From: Gemmatimonadales bacterium
GTDB lineage: Bacteria > Gemmatimonadota > Gemmatimonadetes > Gemmatimonadales > GWC2-71-9
NCBI GenBank assembly: GCA_050733075.1
Contig: JBOHSD010000014.1
Span: 13-64,012, forward strand
Length of the DNA stretch: 64,000 nucleotides
Direction: 5' to 3'
Under the pieces are notes generated by a model that made no database searches, had not been told where the DNA came from, and saw only the letters and a list, made by a program, of their open reading frames with translations. Positions 9,081 to 17,904 of the stretch are shown here, in pieces. Every line of letters begins with the position of its first letter. Positions within the stretch are counted from its first letter, which is position 1. The position numbers and the translations under genes were made by a program.

Positions 9081-9101
9081 TCATATCTCGGGTGACGACG
9101 G

Positions 9102-11609
9102 TTAGCCTACCACCAGATTCAGCAACCGATTCGGCACATACACCACCTTCCGAACCTCCTTCCCCTCCGTAAACCTCCGCACCGCGGAATCCTTCAGAGC
9201 AGCGGCCACGACCGTTTCCTCGTCGGCTCCGCGGGGCACGGTGACCTTCGATCGGGTCTTCCCGTTGACCTGCACCGCTATTTCCACGGTCTCTTCTACC
9301 GTGAGCCGCTCGTCCCAGGTGGGCCATCGCGCGTTGAAGATCGAGGAGTCGTGGCCCAGGCGCTCCCAGTTCTCCTCCGCAAAGTGGGGCGCGAAGGGGG
9401 CCAGCATGACGATCAGGTCCTCCACAATCTCGCGGCTGGCCACGTTCTCGGCGCGGATGGTGTTGACGAACTCCATGAGGGCCGCGATCGAGGTGTTGTA
9501 GCGCAGCTCCTCGAGGCCTTCCGTCACCTTCTTCACGGTCTGGTGCCGCTTGATGTCGACGAGTCGGGAGTCAGGAGTCGGGAGTCGGGAACGTCCGCCG
9601 TTGTCGCTGGCGGCCGTCTCGGTGACCAGGTTCCAGACTTTGTCCAGGAAGCGACGCGGCCCGCTGATCCCCTCGTCCCTGAAGTCGCCGCCCTCCTGGA
9701 ACGGGCCCAGGAACATGAGATACATGCGGAACGTGTCCGCGCCCCAGCGCGCGATGTACTCGTCCGGAATCACCACGTTGCCCCGCGACTTGGACATCTT
9801 GGCCCCGTCCTTCACGATGAGGCCGTGGGCCCGGAATTTCCGGAACGGCTCGTCGAAGTGAAGGTGACCGAGGCCGTGGAGCACCATCGTGATGAATCGC
9901 GAGTACAGCAGGTGCAGCACGGCGTGCTCGTTGCCGCCGATGTAGGTGGTCACCGGCAGCCATTTCCGGGTGCGCGCCGGGTCGAACGGCCGGTCGTCGA
10001 AGTCGGTGCTGGGATACCGTAGGAAGTACCAGGACGAGTCGAGAAACGTGTCGCTCACGTCGGTCTCGCGCCGGCTGCGCCTGCCGCAGATGGGACACGG
10101 GGTGTAGTACCACTCCTCGTGCCGGGCCAGCGGCGACACGCCGGTGTCGTCGGGCTGGAAGTCGTCGATCAACGGGAGCAGGACCGGCAGGTCCTTCTCG
10201 GGCACCGGGACCGCGCCGTGCTCGTCGCAATAGATGATGGGGATGGCAGGCCCCCAGTAGCGCTGGCGGGAGATGCACCAGTCGTGCAGCCGGTAGTTGA
10301 CGATGGCCTTGCCGGCGCCACGCTCGGCGAGCCAGGTGGTGATGGCGCGCTTGGCCTCGGGGACGGTGAGGCCGTCGAACTGGCCGGAGTTGACCAGGAC
10401 GCCGTTCTCGATGTCGACGTATGCCTCGGTAAGCGGAGTTTCGGCCCCTTCGCTGCGCTCAGGGTGACATACGACGCGGACGATCGGCAGGCCGAACTGC
10501 CGGGCGAATTCGAAGTCGCGCTCGTCGTGCCCCGGCACCGCCATGATGGAACCAGTGCCGTACTCCATCAGCACGTAATCCGCGATCCAGACCGGGATCG
10601 GCTTGCCAGTGGCCGGATTAATGGCGTACCCACCAGTGAACACGCCAGTCTTCTCGCGTTCACCGACTTTGCGGGAAACCAGGTCCTTCGCGGCAACGGA
10701 GCGACGGTAGGCATCTACCTCGGCCTTGCGGTCGGGAGTGGTGAAGGCGTCCACCAGCGGGTGCTCGGGAGCGAGCACCATGAACGTCGCCCCGAAAATG
10801 GTATCCGGGCGAGTCGTGAATACCCTGATCTCTTCCACCCTTCCCGTCTTTCCCGCCCTTCCCGCCTTTCCCGCAAACACGATCTCGGCGCCCTCGGAGC
10901 GACCCAGCCAATTCCGCTGGGCCAGCGTGGTGCTCTCGGACCAGTCCATCTTGGTCTTGTCGTCGAGGTCGGCCAGCAGCCGGTCGGCGTAGTCCGTGAT
11001 CCGGAAGAACCACTGCTCCAGCGTCCTCTGCTCCACCACCGAGCCGCAGCGCTCGCACCGCCCATCGATGACCTGCTCGTTGGCCAGCACCGTCTGATCC
11101 TTGGGGCACCAGTTGACCGCGGCCGCCTTCCGGTATGCCTTCCCTGCCTTCAGGAGTTGCAGAAAGAGCCACTGGGTCCACTTGTAGTACGCCGGATCGG
11201 TGGTGGAGAGCTCATGGCGCCAGTCGAACATGCCGCCGATACTTCGGAGCTGACGCCGGAAGTTGACGATATTGCGCGGGATCAACTCGGCCGGGTTGAC
11301 GCCGAGCTTGATTGCGTAGTTCTCGCTGTGAATGCCGAACGCATCGAAGCCGATCGGCTCGAACACGTCGTAGCCTTGAAGACGCTTGAAGCGACCGTAG
11401 ACGTCGCTGCCGGTGAAGGCGAACATGTTCCCCACGTGCAGCCCTTCGGCCGACGGGTAGGGGAACATCATCAGGTTGTAAAAGGGCCGTGCGGCCCGGT
11501 CGAGATCGGGCTCGTTGGTATGCCGCTCCGCCCAGCGCGACTGCCACTTGGCTTCGACCAGATCAGGACGGTAGGGCAGCACGTCGGTTGGTGTGGGATT
11601 CTGCTTCAC
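9102..11609 (-). CDS. leuS: Leucyl-tRNA synthetase
   Basis: FPYPSAEGLHVGN (HIGH region), VFTTRPDT, and KMSKSRGNV (KMSKS). Likely start is the GTG at 11609, just before YRPDLVEAKWQ. The ORF is open up to 11774. Confidence 0.95.
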   Translation of the reverse strand: MKQNPTPTDVLPYRPDLVEAKWQSRWAERHTNEPDLDRAARPFYNLMMFPYPSAEGLHVGNMFAFTGSDVYGRFKRLQGYDVFEPIGFDAFGIHSENYAIKLGVNPAELIPRNIVNFRRQLRSIGGMFDWRHELSTTDPAYYKWTQWLFLQLLKAGKAYRKAAAVNWCPKDQTVLANEQVIDGRCERCGSVVEQRTLEQWFFRITDYADRLLADLDDKTKMDWSESTTLAQRNWLGRSEGAEIVFAGKAGRAGKTGRVEEIRVFTTRPDTIFGATFMVLAPEHPLVDAFTTPDRKAEVDAYRRSVAAKDLVSRKVGEREKTGVFTGGYAINPATGKPIPVWIADYVLMEYGTGSIMAVPGHDERDFEFARQFGLPIVRVVCHPERSEGAETPLTEAYVDIENGVLVNSGQFDGLTVPEAKRAITTWLAERGAGKAIVNYRLHDWCISRQRYWGPAIPIIYCDEHGAVPVPEKDLPVLLPLIDDFQPDDTGVSPLARHEEWYYTPCPICGRRSRRETDVSDTFLDSSWYFLRYPSTDFDDRPFDPARTRKWLPVTTYIGGNEHAVLHLLYSRFITMVLHGLGHLHFDEPFRKFRAHGLIVKDGAKMSKSRGNVVIPDEYIARWGADTFRMYLMFLGPFQEGGDFRDEGISGPRRFLDKVWNLVTETAASDNGGRSRLPTPDSRLVDIKRHQTVKKVTEGLEELRYNTSIAALMEFVNTIRAENVASREIVEDLIVMLAPFAPHFAEENWERLGHDSSIFNARWPTWDERLTVEETVEIAVQVNGKTRSKVTVPRGADEETVVAAALKDSAVRRFTEGKEVRKVVYVPNRLLNLVVG
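9561..9590. repeat. GAGTCGG-family heptamer array inside leuS
   Basis: GAGTCGG GAGTCAG GAGTCGG GAGTCGG GA on the plus strand. On the coding strand it reads in frame as [10 protein letters not shown]. Confidence 0.85.
10445..10468. repeat. Half copy of the GTCACCCTGAG REP-like element inside leuS
   Basis: The coding strand reads GTCACCCTGAGCGCAGCGAAGGGG, translated CHPERSEG. It sits in a length-variable LeuS segment after HDERDFEFARQFGLPIV. Confidence 0.6.
10839..10874. repeat. Four tandem 9-nt repeats inside leuS
   Basis: CCTTCCCGT CTTTCCCGC CCTTCCCGC CTTTCCCGC encodes AGKAGRAGKTGR just before the conserved VFTTRPDT. Confidence 0.8.
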
Positions 11610-11811
11610 TCGCGTCTCGGTGCTCTTCCAGCGCTGGTTGGTCCCGCCCCCGGCCAGGCGCGGTTCCTCGAAGTGGGCGGCCTCGTAGAGAAGCCGTAAA
11701 TCTATTGCCGCTGCGGTGTTAGTGGTACCGGACCGGACCGGTTGACCCGCCGGTCCAACGGCCCGACCGTCCACCCGTCAGCGGGCCCCCCTCTTGCAAG
11801 GCTACGGCTCC

Positions 11812-13101
11812 ATGGCCGCAGCCCGCAATCAGTTCATCTTCCGCCTTCACCTGATCGGCTTCCTCTCCGCGGCTGTGCTGGCCACCGCGGCTGCGGGTAT
11901 CCTCGTCCTGGTCTGTCCGCCCCCGGCACAACCCACGATCCTGGGCGACCCGGTGGTGTGGGGTACCGCACTCATTCTGGCCCTCGGAGTGGCCATGGCA
12001 CAGCTGCTGGTCCGGCTGCTGCTGCAACGGGTACTGAAGCCGACCGGCAAGGCCGCGGCGGTGGCGTTGAGGGTTGCCGGGGGCGACCTCTCGATGCCCG
12101 ACTGGGCCGGCCGCAGCGGTCTGGACGGCCTCTCGACCTCCATAGTAGGAATGGTGACCCGGCTCCAGGAGCTGGTGGGCACCATCCGGCAACACTCACA
12201 CGACGCCGCCGCCATGGCTCAGGAGATCGCTGCCTCCACTCAGCAGATGACCGCATCGACCCAGGAGGTAGCGGGCACCACGGGCGATCTCACCGAGCGC
12301 GCCAACCAGCAAGCCACGGTGGTGCGGGCAGCGGCGGAAGATGCCGGCAAGATCCTGGAGATCGCCCAGGAGTTGGCCGCCGGCGCCACTCAAGCCGCCG
12401 AGCGGAATGCCGCTCTGGCCCGGCTGGCACGCTCTCATAGCGAGCGGCTGGACGAAAGCACCGCGGAGCTGGCGCGCCTGGCCGAGGAAATCGAGCGGGG
12501 CGCTGTTGAGGCAGAGGCGCTCGCCACCGCGTCGGGGCAGATCGAGAAGTTCATCACTCAGGCCAAGGCGATCGCCAAACAGACTCATATGCTCGCCCTG
12601 AATGCTTCGATCGAGGCCGCGCGGGCCGGAGAGGAAGGCCGCGGCTTCAGTGTCGTGGCCGAGGAGGTCCGCAAGCTGGCAAGCCAGGCGGCTCACGCGG
12701 CGACCTCGACCAGCGAAACAGTCCAGACCGTCGTGGCTCAGGTACAGACCGCGCGCGAGCGGCTGATCCGCCTGGGCCGGGGAGGAACGGCCGCTCGAGA
12801 GGCAGCTCACGCCGCGGCAGTCGGGCTGGTTAATGTCGCGGCCGATGCCGAGGCCAACGACGAGTGGACCCGGCGCATCTCGGAGTCAGCCAGCGAGGTA
12901 CGAGGGCTCATCGACGGCATTGCGGCACGGATGCGGGAAGTCTCCGCCGGAACCGAGGAGTACGCCGCCGCGGCCGAGGAGATCGCCGCGGCGGCAGAGG
13001 AGCTCAACGCCTCGACCGAGGAGATTTCGGCCTCCTCGAGCAACCTCGCCGGCGCCGCGGAGAAGCTGACCGGCGCCGTCGGCGGCTTCAAGCTCCAGTG
13101 A
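11812..13101 (+). CDS. Methyl-accepting chemotaxis protein (short, HAMP plus signalling domain)
   Basis: [36 protein letters not shown] is the MCP signalling hairpin. Two N-terminal TM segments. ATG at 11812, inside an ORF that opens with TTG at 11794. Confidence 0.85.
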   Translation: MAAARNQFIFRLHLIGFLSAAVLATAAAGILVLVCPPPAQPTILGDPVVWGTALILALGVAMAQLLVRLLLQRVLKPTGKAAAVALRVAGGDLSMPDWAGRSGLDGLSTSIVGMVTRLQELVGTIRQHSHDAAAMAQEIAASTQQMTASTQEVAGTTGDLTERANQQATVVRAAAEDAGKILEIAQELAAGATQAAERNAALARLARSHSERLDESTAELARLAEEIERGAVEAEALATASGQIEKFITQAKAIAKQTHMLALNASIEAARAGEEGRGFSVVAEEVRKLASQAAHAATSTSETVQTVVAQVQTARERLIRLGRGGTAAREAAHAAAVGLVNVAADAEANDEWTRRISESASEVRGLIDGIAARMREVSAGTEEYAAAAEEIAAAAEELNASTEEISASSSNLAGAAEKLTGAVGGFKLQ

Positions 13102-13156
13102 GGGCGATGGCCGGCAAGGCCAGGTCTTAGAAGGGGCAAAGGGCGGTCGAGTTATC

Positions 13157-14014
13157 TTGACTGGGCGCCGTCTTACCTTCGAGGAGTCCTGGTCCTTGCC
13201 CAACACGCCGCCCTCCCGCTCACGCACCTCAGCGTGGGTTCAAGTGGGTGCCAGCGCAGCGATCCATCTGCTGCTGATGGCGCTGGCGGTGGGACTATCC
13301 GCTCGGCAACCCGCGGCACCCGACCCGATCCCGGAGGACGTCCGATCCGAAGTACCTCGGGTAAACATGATCTACCTGCGGCCGCCAGCCCCGCCGCCAC
13401 CAATGCCTCCGCGTCCACCTCCCGCCCCCGACCCAGTGGCACCGCCGATTCCCCGATCCTCGCTGCCGCCGGTCGAGCGCAGCCGACCGGAGCCGGAGCC
13501 CAACGCGCCTCCGGAGACAACCCGTTCGAGCGCCGCCGAGAGGGAGGGGGGTAGAGACTATAGCGAGCCTGAGCGGTCGGCGGAGGCTCCTACCGCCGAG
13601 TCCGAGGCGCGACGCATCTTCGGCCGCCCCCGTCTAGCCAAGCGGCCCGGAGTCGGGCCGGAGTCGGTTCGACCTATGGAGGCGTGGGTCACGGAGCCGA
13701 CGGAGCGCTGCGTCCCCCGGCCAGCGCCACCGGGCGAGTCGGCAGGCCCATCTCAGGTGGGGACGGTGACCGGGCGGATCTTCAGGCAAGACAATGGAGA
13801 GCCGCTCGCGGGGGCCCACCTCCACATGATCGGCACCCCACACGTCGCCTTTACCGACGGACGTGGCGAGTATCGCTTCAGCTTCGATATGGCGCTGGTG
13901 GACAATTGCCGAACTCAGTACGTGCGCGTCACGGCGGAGGGTTACGAATCCCGGCTTCTGGTGGTGATGGTAGGACCACGTGAAAGCGAGGATGTGCTCC
14001 TGCGGCGCCGGTGA
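13157..14014 (+). CDS. Pro-rich membrane-anchored protein with C-terminal CarboxypepD_reg-like domain
   Basis: TM helix AAIHLLLMALAVGL, a TonB-like PPAPPPPMPPRPPPAP tract, and C-terminal GTVTGRIFRQDNGEPLAGAHLHMIG...TDGRGEYRF. TTG start is uncertain. Confidence 0.6.
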   Translation: MTGRRLTFEESWSLPNTPPSRSRTSAWVQVGASAAIHLLLMALAVGLSARQPAAPDPIPEDVRSEVPRVNMIYLRPPAPPPPMPPRPPPAPDPVAPPIPRSSLPPVERSRPEPEPNAPPETTRSSAAEREGGRDYSEPERSAEAPTAESEARRIFGRPRLAKRPGVGPESVRPMEAWVTEPTERCVPRPAPPGESAGPSQVGTVTGRIFRQDNGEPLAGAHLHMIGTPHVAFTDGRGEYRFSFDMALVDNCRTQYVRVTAEGYESRLLVVMVGPRESEDVLLRRR

Positions 14015-14017
14015 GCT

Positions 14018-15178
14018 TTACTGCAAAATGACCGTCACGAGCGCCGCCGCCGCCAGTACGATGGCTCCGAGCACCAGGTATAGCATCTGGCGATCGTGCC
14101 GCCGCCTGCCCGAGGCAAACGACTCCCGCAGCCGCGCCTGACCGCTCTCCAGCTCGGCTCGGCCGGCCGATTGGTCGGCGGCCAGCGCGCGCAGGGCGTG
14201 GCCCATGGATTCGAACTGCTCGGCCAGCAGACCCAGCTCTCCCCGCAGCTCCTCCTGACCTTCCGACAGCCGGTCGATCACGCCGCCCAGGGGCCCGGCC
14301 GCCGCCGGGTGATCGAACAGCGACTGCGACATGACGTTCTCGGCCGAGATGACTTCGGCCATGCCCTGGATGAAATGGCGCTGGTGAATCCGCTTCGCGG
14401 AGTCGGGGCCCGGCTCGAGGGTTGCCATCTGAGCCGCCTTGAGCACCGCGTTCTTGATGTCGCCGCCGCTCCGCGGATAGGCGGCCGCCAGCGCGCGAAA
14501 ATCGACGTCGTCCGCCAGTGGGGTCTTCCGGGAATGGAGCTGCGCTCGCCAGATCCGCTCCCGCTCATCCTCGTCGGGCAGGTCGAAGAGAATGTGGGTA
14601 CGAATCCGGCGCTCGAATGCCGGATCGATGTTGGCCGCCAGGTTGGTGGCAAAGATGACCACACCGGGAAAGTTTTCCAGCTCGTGCAGGAGAACGCTGA
14701 CTACCGCGTTCGCCTCCCGCTCGTAGGCGGCGCTGATCGAGGTGAAACGCCGGCCCGCGATGGCGTCGGCTTCATCGAAGAAGAGCACCGCGTCCTGGCG
14801 CGCGGCCGATCGAAAGACCGCGGCAACGTGCTTCGAGGTCTGCCCTACCCAGCGGGATTCGAGCTCCGAATAACGGACGACCAGCAGCTTCTGGTCGAGC
14901 GCATGGGCGAGCGCCTCCGCACAGATGGTCTTGCCTGTTCCCGGAGGCCCGGCAAAGTGGAAGGCCAGGCCCAGGCCGGTTGAATGCCGCTCGGCCAACC
15001 CCCACTGCTGAAAGATGAGGTCGTGCTTGCGCACCAGCGCCAGGGCGTGGTTGAGGGCTCGCAGCGTGGTGGAGGGAAGGACGACGTCGTCGAAGGAACG
15101 ACGGGGCTCGATCGCCTCCACCAGCTCGCGTCCAGTCGCAACGCCACCGAAGAACAGATCGCGAATGGAGTCAGCCAT
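14018..15178 (-). CDS. AAA+ ATPase with C-terminal coiled-coil and single TM tail anchor
   Basis: Walker A GPPGTGKT, Walker B VLFFDEAD, and ATNLAANIDPAFERR (sensor/Arg finger). The tail is ...RRRHDRQMLYLVLGAIVLAAAALVTVILQ. Confidence 0.85.
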   Translation of the reverse strand: MADSIRDLFFGGVATGRELVEAIEPRRSFDDVVLPSTTLRALNHALALVRKHDLIFQQWGLAERHSTGLGLAFHFAGPPGTGKTICAEALAHALDQKLLVVRYSELESRWVGQTSKHVAAVFRSAARQDAVLFFDEADAIAGRRFTSISAAYEREANAVVSVLLHELENFPGVVIFATNLAANIDPAFERRIRTHILFDLPDEDERERIWRAQLHSRKTPLADDVDFRALAAAYPRSGGDIKNAVLKAAQMATLEPGPDSAKRIHQRHFIQGMAEVISAENVMSQSLFDHPAAAGPLGGVIDRLSEGQEELRGELGLLAEQFESMGHALRALAADQSAGRAELESGQARLRESFASGRRRHDRQMLYLVLGAIVLAAAALVTVILQ

Positions 15179-15223
15179 GGGCTCCCGACATCGTTATTCC
15201 CGGGCAAGGAGGAACCTCTGAAT

Positions 15224-15562
15224 CTAGCGCGATCGGACCTCTCCCATGACCCGGTCCCAGGCATCCCGCACCGCATCCTTGATCTCCTCCCAGGTGGAAG
15301 GGTTCGAGCCCCGGTGTTCGTACGTGTCCCAGCCCTTTCGAAGGTCTGGTTCGGCCTCTTCCCAGGGCCGGCCCATATGGTGATGGGCCGATTCGAACCC
15401 GTACCGAAACGCCGGTCTGAAGCGGTCGTAGAAATCCGGTCCCATGGCATAGGGGCGGCTGGTGAAGTTCTCGAACCAGTAGTTATCCTCCGTCTCCCAG
15501 GCAGCCTTCCAGCCGGGGTCCTTGTCGGCAGGCTCCCGTTCCGGTGCTCTTCTCTTCGGCAT
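15224..15562 (-). CDS. Conserved hypothetical Trp/acidic-rich small protein
   Basis: GAGGAGG lies upstream of the ATG at 15562. The sequence MPKRRAPER...WEEIKDAVRDAWDRV is protein-like. Confidence 0.6.
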   Translation of the reverse strand: MPKRRAPEREPADKDPGWKAAWETEDNYWFENFTSRPYAMGPDFYDRFRPAFRYGFESAHHHMGRPWEEAEPDLRKGWDTYEHRGSNPSTWEEIKDAVRDAWDRVMGEVRSR

Positions 15563-15779
15563 CGTCGCCTCCTCGGTTTGAAATGGTCGAAGGGCAATCT
15601 GTCCCATACTAGCTGGCCTTGCCCCAGGTATCGGGTGACCGCCGTCACCAGGCCTTTGCACGACCCCATGCTGCAGACATACTCCACCCACGGCGCCTCG
15701 ATGGGGCGGCAGGCTTCGCCTCCGCTCGGGTGATCCAGCACACAGTCGCGTTCCTCACCAACGGTGTCACGTGATCGTC

Positions 15780-16064
15780 ATGGACCGGCACAACCTCTTT
15801 GCTCGCGGGTGGTCTCACGTGCTCTCCACTACCAACGACATCGGTGAGCTCCAGGCATTTCGCCACCGGGTCGGTGCCCCAGCAGCCGCGCTGCACCTCG
15901 GCGGCCGACACTGGCCCCATCTCGATCTCAAGCTCGAGCCACGAGCCCGGGCGCTGGGCTGTCCCGACGTACGGGTGTTCGAGCGGACGGTCGACATGCT
16001 GCGCTTTGTCAAAGCCTGCCAGGTTCAGCAGAGGCAGCAGCACTTCATTCGAGAGTCACCGTGA
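15780..16064 (+). CDS. DUF4031-like protein
   Basis: W.H....T....ELQAF..RVG.......HLDL....R..AL..G follows the pattern I recall for DUF4031. Confidence 0.6.
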   Translation: MDRHNLFARGWSHVLSTTNDIGELQAFRHRVGAPAAALHLGGRHWPHLDLKLEPRARALGCPDVRVFERTVDMLRFVKACQVQQRQQHFIRESP

Positions 16065-16202
16065 CCGAGCAGCATGGGACCCGAAATGGAAGTGAGCGCA
16101 GCGCGGTACCGGCTGTGACACTCACCACGGCTCACGAGCCCACCGGATGTGATAATGCCTCCGTAGAGACTTCAGCCAAGGGCAACCCCGGAGGCCACTC
16201 CA

Positions 16203-16589
16203 TTGGGTACTCGCGAGACAGTGTTGGTGGTAGACGACGAAGACATGGTACGAGGGCTGGCTGTGCGTATGCTGGCCAGGCGGGGTTACCGGGTACTCGA
16301 GGCTCCAGGCAGTGAGGAGGCGCTACGGGTGCTACAGCGTGCTTCTCAGGAGATCAGTGGCGTGCTTACCGATGTGGTCATGCCGGGAAGAAGCGGATGG
16401 CAGCTCGGGGAGATCATTGCCCGGCACTGGCCAGGAGTACGGGTGCTTTACATGTCGGGGTTCCCACTCAGGCGGATGGTCGGCGAGGAACCATTCGATC
16501 CGCTTCTCCCGTTCATCGAGAAGCCCTTTACCTCGGAACAGCTGGCGAGAAAGATGGGAGAGGTGCTTGCCGGCCGCCGCAGACACTGA
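16203..16589 (+). CDS. Single-domain response regulator (CheY-like receiver)
   Basis: VLVVDDEDMVR...VLTDVVMPGRSGWQL...VLYMSGF. TTG start. No adjacent kinase. Confidence 0.85.
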   Translation: MGTRETVLVVDDEDMVRGLAVRMLARRGYRVLEAPGSEEALRVLQRASQEISGVLTDVVMPGRSGWQLGEIIARHWPGVRVLYMSGFPLRRMVGEEPFDPLLPFIEKPFTSEQLARKMGEVLAGRRRH

Positions 16590-16595
16590 CCTCCT

Positions 16596-16952
16596 TCAGT
16601 GGACCTCGGGGCGGGTCTCCAGATCGAAGTGCTTGGCCAAAACGTAGGTGACCCAGTCGGCTACCCGAATCCATAGACCCTCCATCTCATCCCGGTACTC
16701 TCCCTCCTGCACCACCTGATACCACATGCCGGGCTCAACTCCAGGATAAAGATGTAAGTACTCCGGTTTGGCCTTGACCCGAAGAGGACGAGGACCGCCG
16801 GAATGTGTCGCCCCGAGATGGCGAGAATGCGAGTTCCGCGACGGGTGACCTGGTGCGGGATGTGGATCGGGTTCGCGCATGTCGATGCCCCAGGATGTGT
16901 GGCTGCGCGCATGCTTCGGACGGCCAGGCAGATTGCGGGGGTGCGGCCGCAC
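16596..16952 (-). CDS. Hypothetical protein; only the C-terminal ~55 aa look protein-like
   Basis: KPEYLHLYPGVEPGMWYQVVQEGEYRDEMEGLWIRVADWVTYVLAKHFDL. Codon usage is atypical (several A/T-ending codons). Confidence 0.35.
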   Translation of the reverse strand: MRPHPRNLPGRPKHARSHTSWGIDMREPDPHPAPGHPSRNSHSRHLGATHSGGPRPLRVKAKPEYLHLYPGVEPGMWYQVVQEGEYRDEMEGLWIRVADWVTYVLAKHFDLETRPEVH

Positions 16953-16989
16953 TCATTCTACACGCCCACCCACGCAAAGGGCAATCGGT

Positions 16990-17904
16990 CTACATGATTT
17001 TCTTGCCGAACGCGGACTGAATCAGTTCGACTGCGAACGCCGCGGAGGTGTTGCCTTGATCCAGTATGGGATTCACCTCGACCAATTCGAGGGAAGTCAT
17101 CACTCCAGCAGCGGCAATGAGCTCCATGATCAGATGTGATTCGCGATAATCGAGGCCGCCCTTGACGGGAGTTCCGACCCCCGGAGCCAGCATCGGGTCG
17201 ACTGCGTCGAGATCGAAGCTCACGTGCAGGTAATCGGTCCCCCTGGTCACCCACGCGAGCGCCATCTGCATGATCTCATGCACCCCGTGCTGGTCGATAT
17301 CCGCCATCGTATGCACCTGGACGCCGGTTTCCTTGAGACGGCGCTTTTCACCGGGATCGAGACTCCGGATCCCGACCAGGGCAACGTTCTCTGGAGCAAC
17401 CTTGGGAAAGCCTCCGCCGACTCCGATCAGCTCGCCGGCTCCGTAACCCAGCAAGGCGGCCAGCGGCATGCCGTGTATGTTGCCCGAGGGGGAGGTCTCG
17501 GGTGTGTTGATGTCGCCGTGCGCGTCAACCCAAAGCAGGCCGAGCTTCTTTCCCTGGCGCCGGGCGAAGGCGGCTATGCCCGACACGGTACCCGCCGCGA
17601 TCGAGTGATCGCCACCCAGGACCAGGGGAAAATGCCCCCGCTCCATGATCCGCCCGACCTTGTGCGCGAGTATGCCGGCCGTACGCACGATCTCGCCCAG
17701 ATAGCGGGCTCGCTCGTTGCCGACCTTGAGTACCTCGATATTCTTGATCTGGATGTCGCCGTCGTCGACCACCCTGTGCCCCAGCTCTCGCAGGCGATCG
17801 GCTACTCCGGCAATCCGGATGGCGGACGGGCCCATGTCCACTCCGCGCCTGCCGGAGCCGAGATCCATGGGGGCACCCAGCAGGTGAACGATCACGGCTT
17901 CCAT
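16990..17904 (-). CDS. rocF: Arginase
   Basis: LVLGGDHSIAAG, WVDAHGDINTPETSPSGNIHGMPLA, and SFDLDAVDP are ureohydrolase Mn-binding motifs. Confidence 0.9.
   Translation of the reverse strand: MEAVIVHLLGAPMDLGSGRRGVDMGPSAIRIAGVADRLRELGHRVVDDGDIQIKNIEVLKVGNERARYLGEIVRTAGILAHKVGRIMERGHFPLVLGGDHSIAAGTVSGIAAFARRQGKKLGLLWVDAHGDINTPETSPSGNIHGMPLAALLGYGAGELIGVGGGFPKVAPENVALVGIRSLDPGEKRRLKETGVQVHTMADIDQHGVHEIMQMALAWVTRGTDYLHVSFDLDAVDPMLAPGVGTPVKGGLDYRESHLIMELIAAAGVMTSLELVEVNPILDQGNTSAAFAVELIQSAFGKKIM

Noticed and set aside
11610-11774. A 55-aa N-terminal extension of LeuS (ORF open to 11774).
   Set aside because: The extension ([20 protein letters not shown]...) has no similarity to LeuS N-termini. 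The conserved YRPDLVEAKWQ block follows shortly after the GTG at 11609. The extension is kept as an alternative only.
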